Below are positions 28,841 through 37,910 of a stretch of 64,000 bases of DNA, piece by piece. The stretch lies in the IMG/VR virus record IMGVR_UViG_3300031715_000005. The stretch is one strand, 5' to 3'. Within the stretch, counting starts at the first letter, position 1; every line of letters begins with the position of its first letter. Position numbers and translations under genes: made by a program. Below the pieces are notes generated by a model. It saw only the letters and a program-made list of their open reading frames with translations. It ran no database searches and was not told the DNA's origin. Source of the DNA: an uncultured virus (IMG/VR IMGVR_UViG_3300031715_000005). Taxonomy: Duplodnaviria; Heunggongvirae; Uroviricota; Caudoviricetes.

Positions 28841-30232
28841 ATGCTTTTTTTCACCACAGAGAAGATCGGTCCGAACCTAGAGAAAACTCCGGAGGGTTAT
28901 CTTCTCTGCCGGAACGTTCCGATCTGCCGGACGGGCGAGCAAATCTACGGGCCGAATGAAACGCCGATTAAGACGGTGGCCCCGGATGGGCTAGTCCACA
29001 TCATGCGGCATGAGGCGGAGGTTTTCTCGCCGGCAACTCTAGAGAGCTTCGCCGGAAAGTCAGCGGTTAACAATCATCCGGAAGGAGCGGTGACACCGGA
29101 GAATTGGAAAGAGCTGACGGTCGGTGTAGTTTTCGATCCGCGGCGCGGGACGGGTGAGCTGAATCAATTGATGCTGGCGGAACTGTTGATCACCGATCCT
29201 TCGACCATCGAAGATATTTTGGTGCATGGCAAGCGGGAAGTAAGTTGCGGGTACGAAGCAGAGTACGTCGAAACATCGCCGGGTTACGGCTACCAGAAAA
29301 ATATTCGTGGCAACCATGTTGCCATCGTGGACCAAGCTAGGTGCGGGGCAGTTTGCAGTATTGCGGATCAAGTAGTTCAAGGAGCGAAGGACATGGCAAA
29401 GAGCATCGTTGATCGAATCCGGTGTGCATTCGCAGCGAAGGACGAGAAGGCTTTCAACGAAGCTCTCGGTGCGATTCCTGCGCCGGCGCTGGCCGCGCTC
29501 ACGAAGGATGAATTGCCGGCGGGCGGCGGTATGCCGGAGATTCATATTCACAATGCCGGCGAGCCGTCGGGTGCGCACCATGACCGTAAATGGTCGGATG
29601 AGAAGCTCGAAGAAAAATTCAAGGAACACGATGAAAAATTTGCGGCGTTCGAGAAAAAGCACGGCGAAGATCACAAAGCCGTGATGGACGCCATCGCCGA
29701 AGTATCGAAAAAGATGGAGCCCAAGAAAGAAGAAACTGACGAGGCGGAAGCCAAGGAAATCGAAGGCAATTTGAGGGAAGAAGCTCCGGCTGGTACGGGC
29801 GACAAACTCGCGGCTGCAAAGGACAGTGTGCTTCTTTCGGAAAGCTTCGATGCCACGAAGGTTGCCGCGGAGATCATTGCTCCGGGTATCCATATCCCGA
29901 CGTTCGATGCTGCGGCTCCGAAGGTCAAGACGTTCAAAGATATTTGCGGGTTGCGGCGCAAGGCGCTTCAGCTCGGCAACAATAGCCCGGAAGTGAATGC
30001 CATGATCATCGCCGCCAATGGCGGTCGCGAACTGACCGGAGATGCGGCGTTAAAAATGCCGTGTTCGGCGGTACGGTCTTTGTTTTTCTCGGTTTCGGCG
30101 ATGAAGGCCAATGCAAACAACGCGGCGGCCGCGCGCGACACCAATAACAATGGCGCCAAGACTGCCGGCGCTGGACCGCGAACGCTCCGTGAAATCAACG
30201 AAGCGGCTGAAAAGCTGTACGCGCGGAAGTAG
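28841..30232 (+). CDS. DUF2213 prohead protease/scaffold
   Basis: TPEGYLLCRNVPICRTG, REVSCGY, NHVAIVDQARCG; possible internal scaffold start at 29393. Confidence 0.92.
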   Translation: MLFFTTEKIGPNLEKTPEGYLLCRNVPICRTGEQIYGPNETPIKTVAPDGLVHIMRHEAEVFSPATLESFAGKSAVNNHPEGAVTPENWKELTVGVVFDPRRGTGELNQLMLAELLITDPSTIEDILVHGKREVSCGYEAEYVETSPGYGYQKNIRGNHVAIVDQARCGAVCSIADQVVQGAKDMAKSIVDRIRCAFAAKDEKAFNEALGAIPAPALAALTKDELPAGGGMPEIHIHNAGEPSGAHHDRKWSDEKLEEKFKEHDEKFAAFEKKHGEDHKAVMDAIAEVSKKMEPKKEETDEAEAKEIEGNLREEAPAGTGDKLAAAKDSVLLSESFDATKVAAEIIAPGIHIPTFDAAAPKVKTFKDICGLRRKALQLGNNSPEVNAMIIAANGGRELTGDAALKMPCSAVRSLFFSVSAMKANANNAAAARDTNNNGAKTAGAGPRTLREINEAAEKLYARK

Positions 30233-30285
30233 TGTTCCACGTGGAACGGTTTTCGATTCGGAGAATTTGAGTCAGAGGAGCGAAT

Positions 30286-30933
30286 ATGAAGTCTGAAAAC
30301 GTACAGGACATTTTGACCTTGGCTGGCAAATTCCTCCGGTCTTTGCGGATGGGGCGGCATGGACGGCATCAGTCGCATGGCCGCGCTTTCACGCGCGATG
30401 CGGCATTCACGTTTCGTATGGGAGCGGGTTTCCCTGGAGACGTAAATCGCTCGCATCCTATGACGATTGAGCCGGCGCTCAATGACGTGACGAATCCGGT
30501 GTTGGCATACGGCCTTGCGTGCTTGGCGGACGCGGCGGCTCCGAATGCGGTACGTTCGATTCTGGCCACGGATTCGGGAATCACGGCGATTTATGGAGTT
30601 GCTGTTCGGCCATTCCCGATTCAGGGAACAGCGGCGACGGCGCAACCGTTTGGGGCGGCAGGTTTTGGAGCTACTCAGGGTCCGGCCGCGCAGTTGCCGA
30701 TTGATGTGCTCAAGGGCGGATACATCATGGTTCAGCTCAACGGCGCCACGGCGGCCGTTAAGGGTGGCCAGGTGTACCTCTACGTTGCGGCTTCTGGCGG
30801 CGGTCACGTCCAGGGCGGATTCGAAGCAGCGGCCGGGGCCAACCTGATTGATCTGGATGCGACGGGTAGCCGCATCTATTTCAACGGACCGGCGGACGCG
30901 ACAGGGATCGTCGAGCTAGTTTTCAACCCGTAG
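30286..30933 (+). CDS. Head decoration/cement protein
   Basis: Position before the capsid gene; RMGAGFPGDVNR, GVAVRPFP. Confidence 0.8.
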   Translation: MKSENVQDILTLAGKFLRSLRMGRHGRHQSHGRAFTRDAAFTFRMGAGFPGDVNRSHPMTIEPALNDVTNPVLAYGLACLADAAAPNAVRSILATDSGITAIYGVAVRPFPIQGTAATAQPFGAAGFGATQGPAAQLPIDVLKGGYIMVQLNGATAAVKGGQVYLYVAASGGGHVQGGFEAAAGANLIDLDATGSRIYFNGPADATGIVELVFNP

Positions 30934-30999
30934 TCGGCTGGTGGTTGGGCTCTGATAGAACTTTTTTTCGATTCGGAAACTTCGAGGGGAGCGTAAATT

Positions 31000-32151
31000 A
31001 TGGAGTCCATTCAGGAATTGTTCTCAGGACATTTGGCGCTGCCGAAAGGCGTCAGCCGTGGCCGGGGATTTACGCGGGACAATCTGCCGTTGACGTTTGA
31101 CCGCAGCGTAGGGGCGATGGATTCCAAGGGCAATGCCATTGGCAAACCCCTGCCTCGCGGTTGCATGTCGCACGATGGAAAAGTCTACGATTCCACGGGC
31201 GCTTTCCTCGTTGGAGAGTTGGAGCGGCTCGACATGAAGTTGCATGAGCCGTTGGTTGCGGTGAGCTATCTCCGCGACATCAAGCTCCGCGAAGATGTGA
31301 CGATTGCCGATGAAGTGAGCAGCTACACCATTTCGACGTTCGCTTCCGCCGGCGGCTTGGGCACGGGCAACGGGATTGGCAACGGCAAGGCGTGGGCTGG
31401 AAAGAACACCACACAGGTAACAAGCGTCTCCGTGGACATCGCCAAGCTGACCAACCCGCTCCACATTTGGGCCGCGGAGGTGAAGTACGACGTTCTTGAA
31501 CTGGAGAGTGCCGCGAAACTCGGTCGTCCGGTGGATGAACAGAAGTGGGAAGCTATGAAGTTGAAGCGGGAGATGGACATTGACGAGCAGGTGTACTACG
31601 GCGATACGGGGTTTGCCGACACCGGGCTCATCAATAACGGCGCGGTGACTCCGACGAACGTGGCCGCTGGCGCTTCCGGATTCACGCAATGGGTGAACAA
31701 GAGCGCCGATGAAATTTTGGGGGACGTGAACGCGGCGTTGACGACTGTGTGGGCCAACAGTGCGTGGGCCGTCATGCCGACGGACATTTTGATCCCTCCC
31801 AACCAGTACGGCTACATTTCGACACAGAAAGTCAGCCAGGCTGGCAACGTTTCGATCCTGCGGTACTTGCTCGAAAACAACCTGATCATGAAGTCCGAAG
31901 GCAAGACACTGGATATCAAGCCGGTGAAGTGGGCAATCGGCGCGGGAGTAGGCGGAACGATTGGGGCCGTCGGGAATGATCGTATGGTGGTCTACACCAA
32001 TGAACGGGACCGCGTACGGTTTCCCATGACCACGATGGCTTCGACGCCGATCCAGTACGACGGCCTATATCACAAGCGCACGTATTACATGCGCATTGGC
32101 CGCGTCGAACTGGTGTATCCGCAGACAGTCGGCTACTTCGATCAGATTTAA
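31000..32151 (+). CDS. Major capsid protein (DUF2184)
   Basis: GAFLVGELERLD..L.EPL, DEQVYYGD, DRMVVY. Confidence 0.92.
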   Translation: MESIQELFSGHLALPKGVSRGRGFTRDNLPLTFDRSVGAMDSKGNAIGKPLPRGCMSHDGKVYDSTGAFLVGELERLDMKLHEPLVAVSYLRDIKLREDVTIADEVSSYTISTFASAGGLGTGNGIGNGKAWAGKNTTQVTSVSVDIAKLTNPLHIWAAEVKYDVLELESAAKLGRPVDEQKWEAMKLKREMDIDEQVYYGDTGFADTGLINNGAVTPTNVAAGASGFTQWVNKSADEILGDVNAALTTVWANSAWAVMPTDILIPPNQYGYISTQKVSQAGNVSILRYLLENNLIMKSEGKTLDIKPVKWAIGAGVGGTIGAVGNDRMVVYTNERDRVRFPMTTMASTPIQYDGLYHKRTYYMRIGRVELVYPQTVGYFDQI

Positions 32152-32170
32152 CAAGTTTCTTTAATAGAGC

Positions 32171-32219
32171 GCCCTAGGGAGGGGAGCGAGCAGCTCTTCT
32201 CCCTGGGGCCGGGTTTTTT
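32171..32219 (+). terminator. Hairpin plus U-tract after the capsid gene
   Basis: GCCCTAGGGAGGGGAGC/GCTCTTCTCCCTGGGGC followed by TTTTTT. Confidence 0.65.
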
Positions 32220-32230
32220 GAGGAGAGCAC

Positions 32231-32797
32231 ATGGACGCGGAAAAGAGCACGCAAGCGGCTCCGTTTGCACCGGGCGCAACGCTGGCGGAGACAAAAAGTG
32301 CGCAAGAAGCTGCGGAGAGCATCGGCTTGGAAAATACAGTGATGCTGAATTTCCCGAACAAAGTTTTGCTCACGCTCGACAATCACGAGCGGATACTTTT
32401 CCCCTCAGGAGTCAATCGCGTGCCGTTGCCGCTTGCGAACTACCGCGATAGCGGGAAGATGCATCCTTATTTCGCGGCGCATGGCGTGACGGTGTACGAC
32501 AAGCCGGCCAGTCCGGTAATGACGGAAGTGGAAGAGGCCGTCCAGTGGATCGTTGCGGAAGAGGAGTTCAGCGAAGAAGAGGCGCGCAAGGTAGTCGCTG
32601 CGGAAGGATACAAAGCGGTTTTGGCCGATAAGAAAAAAGTTCTCGCGGATCGGGAGGAAGCTTCGCAGAAAGCTTCTCAGCGCGCCAAGGAAGCTTTGGG
32701 TACCGTAACTGAAATTTCTGGCAAACCGGGAGATGCGAAGGACAACAAAGACGCGGATGGCAGTAAGGCAAAGAACGGCGGCAAAAAGGATAAGTAA
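32231..32797 (+). CDS. Hypothetical head-associated protein
   Basis: GAGGAG RBS; position after capsid. Confidence 0.65.
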   Translation: MDAEKSTQAAPFAPGATLAETKSAQEAAESIGLENTVMLNFPNKVLLTLDNHERILFPSGVNRVPLPLANYRDSGKMHPYFAAHGVTVYDKPASPVMTEVEEAVQWIVAEEEFSEEEARKVVAAEGYKAVLADKKKVLADREEASQKASQRAKEALGTVTEISGKPGDAKDNKDADGSKAKNGGKKDK

Positions 32798-33004
32798 GTG
32801 CCTCTGACGGAAAAAGGTGAAGAGATTTTGGGCGCCATGAAGAAAGAGTATGGCGCCAAAGAAGGCGAGAGTAACTTCTACGCTTCTCGGAATGCTGGAA
32901 CCATCAAAGGCGTAGACAATGCTCAGGCGATGCGGGATGCCGAACTGAATATGTCATTCCCGACGCCCGCCAAACCGATAGTTCCGGAGCCGGAAGGGAA
33001 ATAG
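32798..33004 (+). CDS. Small conserved phage protein
   Basis: MPLTEKG..I..AM..EYG..G..FYAS.N.G. Confidence 0.6.
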   Translation: MPLTEKGEEILGAMKKEYGAKEGESNFYASRNAGTIKGVDNAQAMRDAELNMSFPTPAKPIVPEPEGK

Positions 33005-33019
33005 CGAGGATGTCCGGAC

Positions 33020-33541
33020 ATGGCTTACGCTGCTGTCAACGTCACCCCGATTGTCACCGCGAAGCAGTTCACGTCTGACTACCCCGAATTTGCGGACCCC
33101 GGCACCTACCCTGTCAGCAGCATAAATTATTGGTTGACCGTTGCGACGATCCTCCTGAATCCTGCCAGGTGGGGAACGGCGCTTCAGCTCGGAGTGGAAC
33201 TCTTCGTTGCGCACGAGCTGGTGTTGGAGGCCCAAGCCTTGCAAACCGGGCAAGCGGCTGGCTGGCCTGGAATCAGCAAGGGTGCGATCAACAGCGAGAG
33301 TCCGGGAGAAGTTACCGTCAGTTACGACACCGCGATTGCTCTGGAAGCGGATGGAGGCAACTGGAATTTGACGGTGTATGGGTCTAGGTTCCTTCGGTGG
33401 GCTCGCATGGCCGGTGCCGGACCTGTCCAGGTGGGACCGGGGGGCGGATCAGGCATGACCGGCGTTGTTCCGGGTACGGACTTCGGCCCTGCCTGGTCAG
33501 GTCCGGACTGTAAGCCTTCCGGATCTGGATTTGGGGGCTAA
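33020..33541 (+). CDS. Head-tail adaptor (DUF4054)
   Basis: F..DYPEF, LFVAHEL, VTVSYD, WNLTVYG..F. Confidence 0.85.
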   Translation: MAYAAVNVTPIVTAKQFTSDYPEFADPGTYPVSSINYWLTVATILLNPARWGTALQLGVELFVAHELVLEAQALQTGQAAGWPGISKGAINSESPGEVTVSYDTAIALEADGGNWNLTVYGSRFLRWARMAGAGPVQVGPGGGSGMTGVVPGTDFGPAWSGPDCKPSGSGFGG

Positions 33542-34053
33542 TGCCGCTTATCAAAATGACGGCTCGACTTCAGAGCGTCGTAGACAATTCTGAAAAATTT
33601 TTCAAAGCCACGCGTGAACTGGAACAGAATCAAGTCTTGGTGGGCATTCCTGCGGAAAAAGCTGCGCGCGATTCGGAGGAAGCTAGCGGGAGTGCGATCA
33701 ATAATGCTGCGTTGGGATACATTCACAATTACGGAATGCCCACGCAAAATATTCCCGCGCGTCCGTTTCTCGAACCTGGGATTAAAGACGCCGACAAACC
33801 GATCACGGATCATTTGGGGAAAGCCGGAGAAGCGGCGCTGTCGGGGAATCCTGGGGGAGTCCTGAAGAATTTGACGGCCGCAGGAATTGTGGCGGCTTCC
33901 AGCGTAAAAGCAAAAATCAATACGGGACCGTTCGTTCCGTTAAAACCTGCCACGCTCGCAGCGCGTCGGCGCAAGGGACGCATGGGAGAGAAGCCACTTA
34001 TTGATACCGGAGCGCTGAGAAATTCGATATCATTTGTGGTGAGAAAAAAGTGA
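33541..34053 (+). CDS. Neck/tail completion protein
   Basis: VLVGIP, IHNYG..NIPARPFL, KPLIDTGALRNSI. Confidence 0.85.
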   Translation: MPLIKMTARLQSVVDNSEKFFKATRELEQNQVLVGIPAEKAARDSEEASGSAINNAALGYIHNYGMPTQNIPARPFLEPGIKDADKPITDHLGKAGEAALSGNPGGVLKNLTAAGIVAASSVKAKINTGPFVPLKPATLAARRRKGRMGEKPLIDTGALRNSISFVVRKK

Positions 34054-34129
34054 TCCACTATGTCTACCAGCTAACCTTCGCGGGAATGGAGCATGATTTA
34101 ACGGGACGCTTCATTTCAAGGAAGAAAAC

Positions 34130-34618
34130 ATGAAGCCGATGCTGGACGTTTCCGCGGCTTTGACGAATCCCTATACGCTGGATTCGTTCATAGTTTACCG
34201 GCGCAAGCAAACCGTGAATGGATTCGGTGAAACGTGCGTAGCGGTCGAGATCGAGAAAGGGATTCGCGGTGTAGTCACGCCGGCGAGCCTTCAGGAATTG
34301 ACTCGAAGGCCGGAGGCACAGATAGCTCGAAAATCTATCACGGTCATTACGAGGTTTGCTTTGCGCGGCGAAAGCCAAACCGTGGAAGAAACTCAGTTTC
34401 AGCCGGATATCGTGGTGTGGAACAACGACTCGTATTTGGTGGTCCACGTCGAGGACTACAGCGACTATGCGCGTGGCTTTGTGAAGGTGACGGCGAACAG
34501 CACGGACATGGTGGATTTGCCGACTACCGCGGTTCCACTGAACGAACAAAGCCCGACGTTGAGCGGGCCTTCCGGATACAACGAGACTCCTTATAGCGAG
34601 GGGCCGTTTGGGGAGTAA
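34130..34618 (+). CDS. Head closure protein
   Basis: Synteny; DIVVWN..YLV..VEDYS.Y..G. Confidence 0.7.
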   Translation: MKPMLDVSAALTNPYTLDSFIVYRRKQTVNGFGETCVAVEIEKGIRGVVTPASLQELTRRPEAQIARKSITVITRFALRGESQTVEETQFQPDIVVWNNDSYLVVHVEDYSDYARGFVKVTANSTDMVDLPTTAVPLNEQSPTLSGPSGYNETPYSEGPFGE

Positions 34619-35303
34619 CTACAATCCGAATCGGCCTCAAGTCGGCTATGGCCAGGGACCGTACGGGCAGATGCCGTACGGCGGAGGAACGCCGGCGGAA
34701 GCTCCGGTATTTAATCCTGGGCCTGGATTCGTCCGACCGTTTGATACGTTAAGCGAGCTGAATGATCTCATTCTCAATCGCTTTCTTCAGCAGTTGGTTG
34801 CGGGAGTCACGGGGATTATTCAAACGATGGTGCGTCCGCGGTGGCAGCCGGAACCTCCGAATCAACCGAACTTCGATAAGGATTGGGCGGCTGTGGGTAG
34901 AGTAAAACGGGACCGCGATACGTTCGCGGCCGTTCTGCATTTCACCGATCCACAGGACTTTGACAATTCGACGGACAGTATGTACCGAAATGAGATCGTG
35001 GATATTCTCTGTTCGTTCTACGGTCCCGGTTCGGAAGCTAACAGCGAATTGCTTGCTATGGGGCTGATGTTGGAACAAAATAGATATGCGATTCAGTTGA
35101 ACGGGTTCGGTCTTGTCGAAGTGGGAGAAACGCTGACGGTGCCGGCAATCATCAAGGAAAAATGGTTGATGGGGCAGGACGTTCCTTTCCGATTGCGGCG
35201 CCAACAGATTTACAGCTATCCGAGTCCGAATCTGGTTGAAGCCCAAGCAAGTTTGATTTTTGATAATGGGATGAAGCCGGTCCCAATTGTGGCTAAGAAA
35301 TAA
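34608..35303 (+). CDS. Tail terminator protein
   Basis: VRPRWQPEPP, CSFYGP; precedes the sheath gene. Confidence 0.75.
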   Translation: MGSNYNPNRPQVGYGQGPYGQMPYGGGTPAEAPVFNPGPGFVRPFDTLSELNDLILNRFLQQLVAGVTGIIQTMVRPRWQPEPPNQPNFDKDWAAVGRVKRDRDTFAAVLHFTDPQDFDNSTDSMYRNEIVDILCSFYGPGSEANSELLAMGLMLEQNRYAIQLNGFGLVEVGETLTVPAIIKEKWLMGQDVPFRLRRQQIYSYPSPNLVEAQASLIFDNGMKPVPIVAKK

Positions 35304-35313
35304 AGGAGCGCGT

Positions 35314-36804
35314 ATGCCGCCGATCACACTTCCCATTTCGAGGCTCATCAATGTCACGGTGTCGCTGGCGGCGCAAGCGGCGCAAGGGCAGAACACCAGC
35401 ACGCTTCTGATTCTTGGTTCGAGCCCGGTGATTGACGTGATCTCTCGAATGCGGAGTTACACGAGCATCGCTCAGGTGGCGGCGGACTTCGGGACAAGTG
35501 CTCCGGAATATCTCGCGGCACTTCTTTGGTTCGAACAGAATCCTCAGCCGACACAACTCGACATCGGCCGTTGGGCGAAAACGGCTTCCTCCGGTCAGCT
35601 ATTGGGCGGGCCGCTCACGGCCGCGCAGCAGTCAATGGCGTTTTGGAATGCGATTGTCAACGGTTCGTTCAAGATCACGATTGATGGCGGCGCGGTCCAG
35701 ACGTTGACGGGTTTGAATTTCTCCGGAGCCGCGAATATGAATGGAGTGGCCGGAGTGATTCAGGCCGCTCTCGCGGGAGCCAATATCGTTTGGGATTCGG
35801 TGTACAACCGTTTCGAAGTTACGAGCCACACCACGGGCGCGACTTCGACGGTCAGCTTTGCAACGACGGATGCGGGAGTCGGGACGGATATCAGCGCGGA
35901 TCTTGGGCTGACTGCTGGCTTTGTTGGAATCATCCAAGCGAACGGCATTGCAGCCGAAACAGCAATTTCAGCCGTGACGTTGCTCGACACGAATTTCGGG
36001 ATGCAATGGTTTGCGCTGGTGGTGATTGGCGCCGCGGATGCGGACCATCTGGCGATTGCGGCTTTCGTCGAAGCGGACACGACGAAACACTATTATGGAG
36101 TGACGACGCAAGAGGCCACGGTTCTCACTCCGGGCGACACGACGGATATTGCCTATCAGCTTCAGCAGTTGGGCTACAACTTTACGTGCGTCCAGTACAG
36201 CAGCTCTAATCCCTATGCGGTCGTGAGTTTGCTGGCGCGAATTTTGACCACGAATTTTGCAGGGAACAACACGACAATCACATTGATGTACAAGCAGGAG
36301 CCCGGAATCGTTCCGGAGAATCTCACCACCACGCAGGTCAATGCGCTGGAGGCAAAAAACTGCAACGTGTTCGTAGCCTACAATAACAATACGGCTATCA
36401 TCGAGCCCGGAGTCAGTTCGAGCGGGAATTTCATTGATACCGTGATCGGCGCAGCCGTGATGGCGATTGAAATTCAGACGGCGCTTTACAACGCGCTGTA
36501 TACGTCGCCGAATAAAATTCCGCAGACGGATGCCGGAACGGCGATTCTCACCAATTCGGCCGCGGCGATATGCGCGCAGTTTGTGGCGAATGGATTCTTG
36601 GCTCCTGGAACATGGACAAGCCAGGGATTCGGAGCTTTGGTGACGGGACAGAACGTTCCCAAGGGCTACTACATTTATGCTCCGCCGGTTTCTTCGCAAA
36701 GCCAAGCGCAGCGGACCTCGCGCGTGTCTGTTCCCATTCAAATTGGGGCCAAATTGGCTGGAGCGATCCATGATGTGAACCTTGCGATTACGGTCAATCC
36801 GTAG
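35314..36804 (+). CDS. Contractile tail sheath (DUF3383)
   Basis: LPISRLINV, IGRWAKT, TLMYKQEPG, KIPQTDAG, KLAGAIH. Confidence 0.93.
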   Translation: MPPITLPISRLINVTVSLAAQAAQGQNTSTLLILGSSPVIDVISRMRSYTSIAQVAADFGTSAPEYLAALLWFEQNPQPTQLDIGRWAKTASSGQLLGGPLTAAQQSMAFWNAIVNGSFKITIDGGAVQTLTGLNFSGAANMNGVAGVIQAALAGANIVWDSVYNRFEVTSHTTGATSTVSFATTDAGVGTDISADLGLTAGFVGIIQANGIAAETAISAVTLLDTNFGMQWFALVVIGAADADHLAIAAFVEADTTKHYYGVTTQEATVLTPGDTTDIAYQLQQLGYNFTCVQYSSSNPYAVVSLLARILTTNFAGNNTTITLMYKQEPGIVPENLTTTQVNALEAKNCNVFVAYNNNTAIIEPGVSSSGNFIDTVIGAAVMAIEIQTALYNALYTSPNKIPQTDAGTAILTNSAAAICAQFVANGFLAPGTWTSQGFGALVTGQNVPKGYYIYAPPVSSQSQAQRTSRVSVPIQIGAKLAGAIHDVNLAITVNP

Positions 36805-36815
36805 AGGGAGAGAAT

Positions 36816-37271
36816 ATGTCAACTTATAGCTTCCTGGATGTCCAAGCCGTGATCAATGGGCCTGGAGGGCTTTTCTCTCTCGGTGCGGGATCGGGCAATG
36901 CGGAAGAGGGAATTTCCATCGAGTTCACGGAGGACAAGGACCGCCTTGTGACCGGAGCCGATGGGAGCCCGATGCACAGCTTGATTGCCAGCAAGGCCGG
37001 TAAGATTTTGGTAAGGTTGCTGAAAACTTCGCCGGTCAATTCGCTTTTGCAGGCGCTTTACGCTTTTCAGACTTCCAGTTCCCTGTTTCACGGGCAGAAT
37101 GTGATCACCGTCGTCAATCCGGTGACGGGTGACGACTATACCTGCACGAGCGTGGCCTTCACGAAGTTTCCACGCAACGATTACGCCAAAGATGCCGGGA
37201 TGCTTGAGTGGGATTTTAATGCAGGAGTGATTGATCCCGTGCTAGGCTCTGGTATCGTTCCAGGAGCCTAA
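36816..37271 (+). CDS. Tail tube protein (DUF3277-like)
   Basis: TYSFLDV, AEEGI, GADG..MHSL, LLKTSPVN. Confidence 0.88.
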   Translation: MSTYSFLDVQAVINGPGGLFSLGAGSGNAEEGISIEFTEDKDRLVTGADGSPMHSLIASKAGKILVRLLKTSPVNSLLQALYAFQTSSSLFHGQNVITVVNPVTGDDYTCTSVAFTKFPRNDYAKDAGMLEWDFNAGVIDPVLGSGIVPGA

Positions 37272-37275
37272 AACA

Positions 37276-37725
37276 ATGAGTGAAGTGGAGATCAACGGCA
37301 TCAGCTACCAGATTGGAAAGCTGGATGCCTTCAAACAGTTCCATCTTGCCCGGCGAATCACTCCGATGTTTGCCACTTTAGCTGTAGCCTCGCAGAATTT
37401 CGAAGGTTTGGGAGAAGGCGAAAAGCCTTCGCTTTGGCAGATCGTTGAAAAACTAGCGGGGCCAATCTCGGAAGAGCTGGCAAAGAAGTCCGACGAGGAA
37501 ATGGATCATATCCTCTGGCCTTGCCTCGCCGCAGTCAGAAGGAAAGTCGCTGGAGATCACTGGATGCCGCTTAAAGCCGCGGGCGCCAATCGACTTATGT
37601 ACGAGGACATTGACGGGCTGGTTTTGGTGCGGCTTGCGGTGGAGGTTATCAAGGAAAACCTAGCAGGTTTTTTTTCTTTTGCCCTACCCGCTTCCGTCGT
37701 ATCGGGAGGGCAGGCAAAGCCGTAG
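37276..37725 (+). CDS. Tail assembly chaperone
   Basis: YQIGKLDAFKQFHLARRI; located between tube and tape measure genes. Confidence 0.85.
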   Translation: MSEVEINGISYQIGKLDAFKQFHLARRITPMFATLAVASQNFEGLGEGEKPSLWQIVEKLAGPISEELAKKSDEEMDHILWPCLAAVRRKVAGDHWMPLKAAGANRLMYEDIDGLVLVRLAVEVIKENLAGFFSFALPASVVSGGQAKP

Positions 37726-37736
37726 CACTCGTCTCG

Positions 37737-37910
37737 ATGGAAACAGAAGAGGACTGGCTGTTGAGGCCGGTTCTGGAAGGCAAGTGCCTCTATGAGTCGT
37801 TAAAAAACGGAACGTTGGACTTGCTGGACATTGCTCGGCTCAATGATGCGCTCGACGTACAGGAAGAAAATGATCGGCGGCAACGGAGCGTAGATCATGG
37901 CGTCCGGTAG
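37737..37910 (+). CDS. Chaperone -1 frameshift extension (G-T type)
   Basis: EDWLLRPV...YESLKNGTLDLLDIARLNDALD; this frame is open back to T TTT TTT at 37668-37674. Confidence 0.75.
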   Translation: METEEDWLLRPVLEGKCLYESLKNGTLDLLDIARLNDALDVQEENDRRQRSVDHGVR

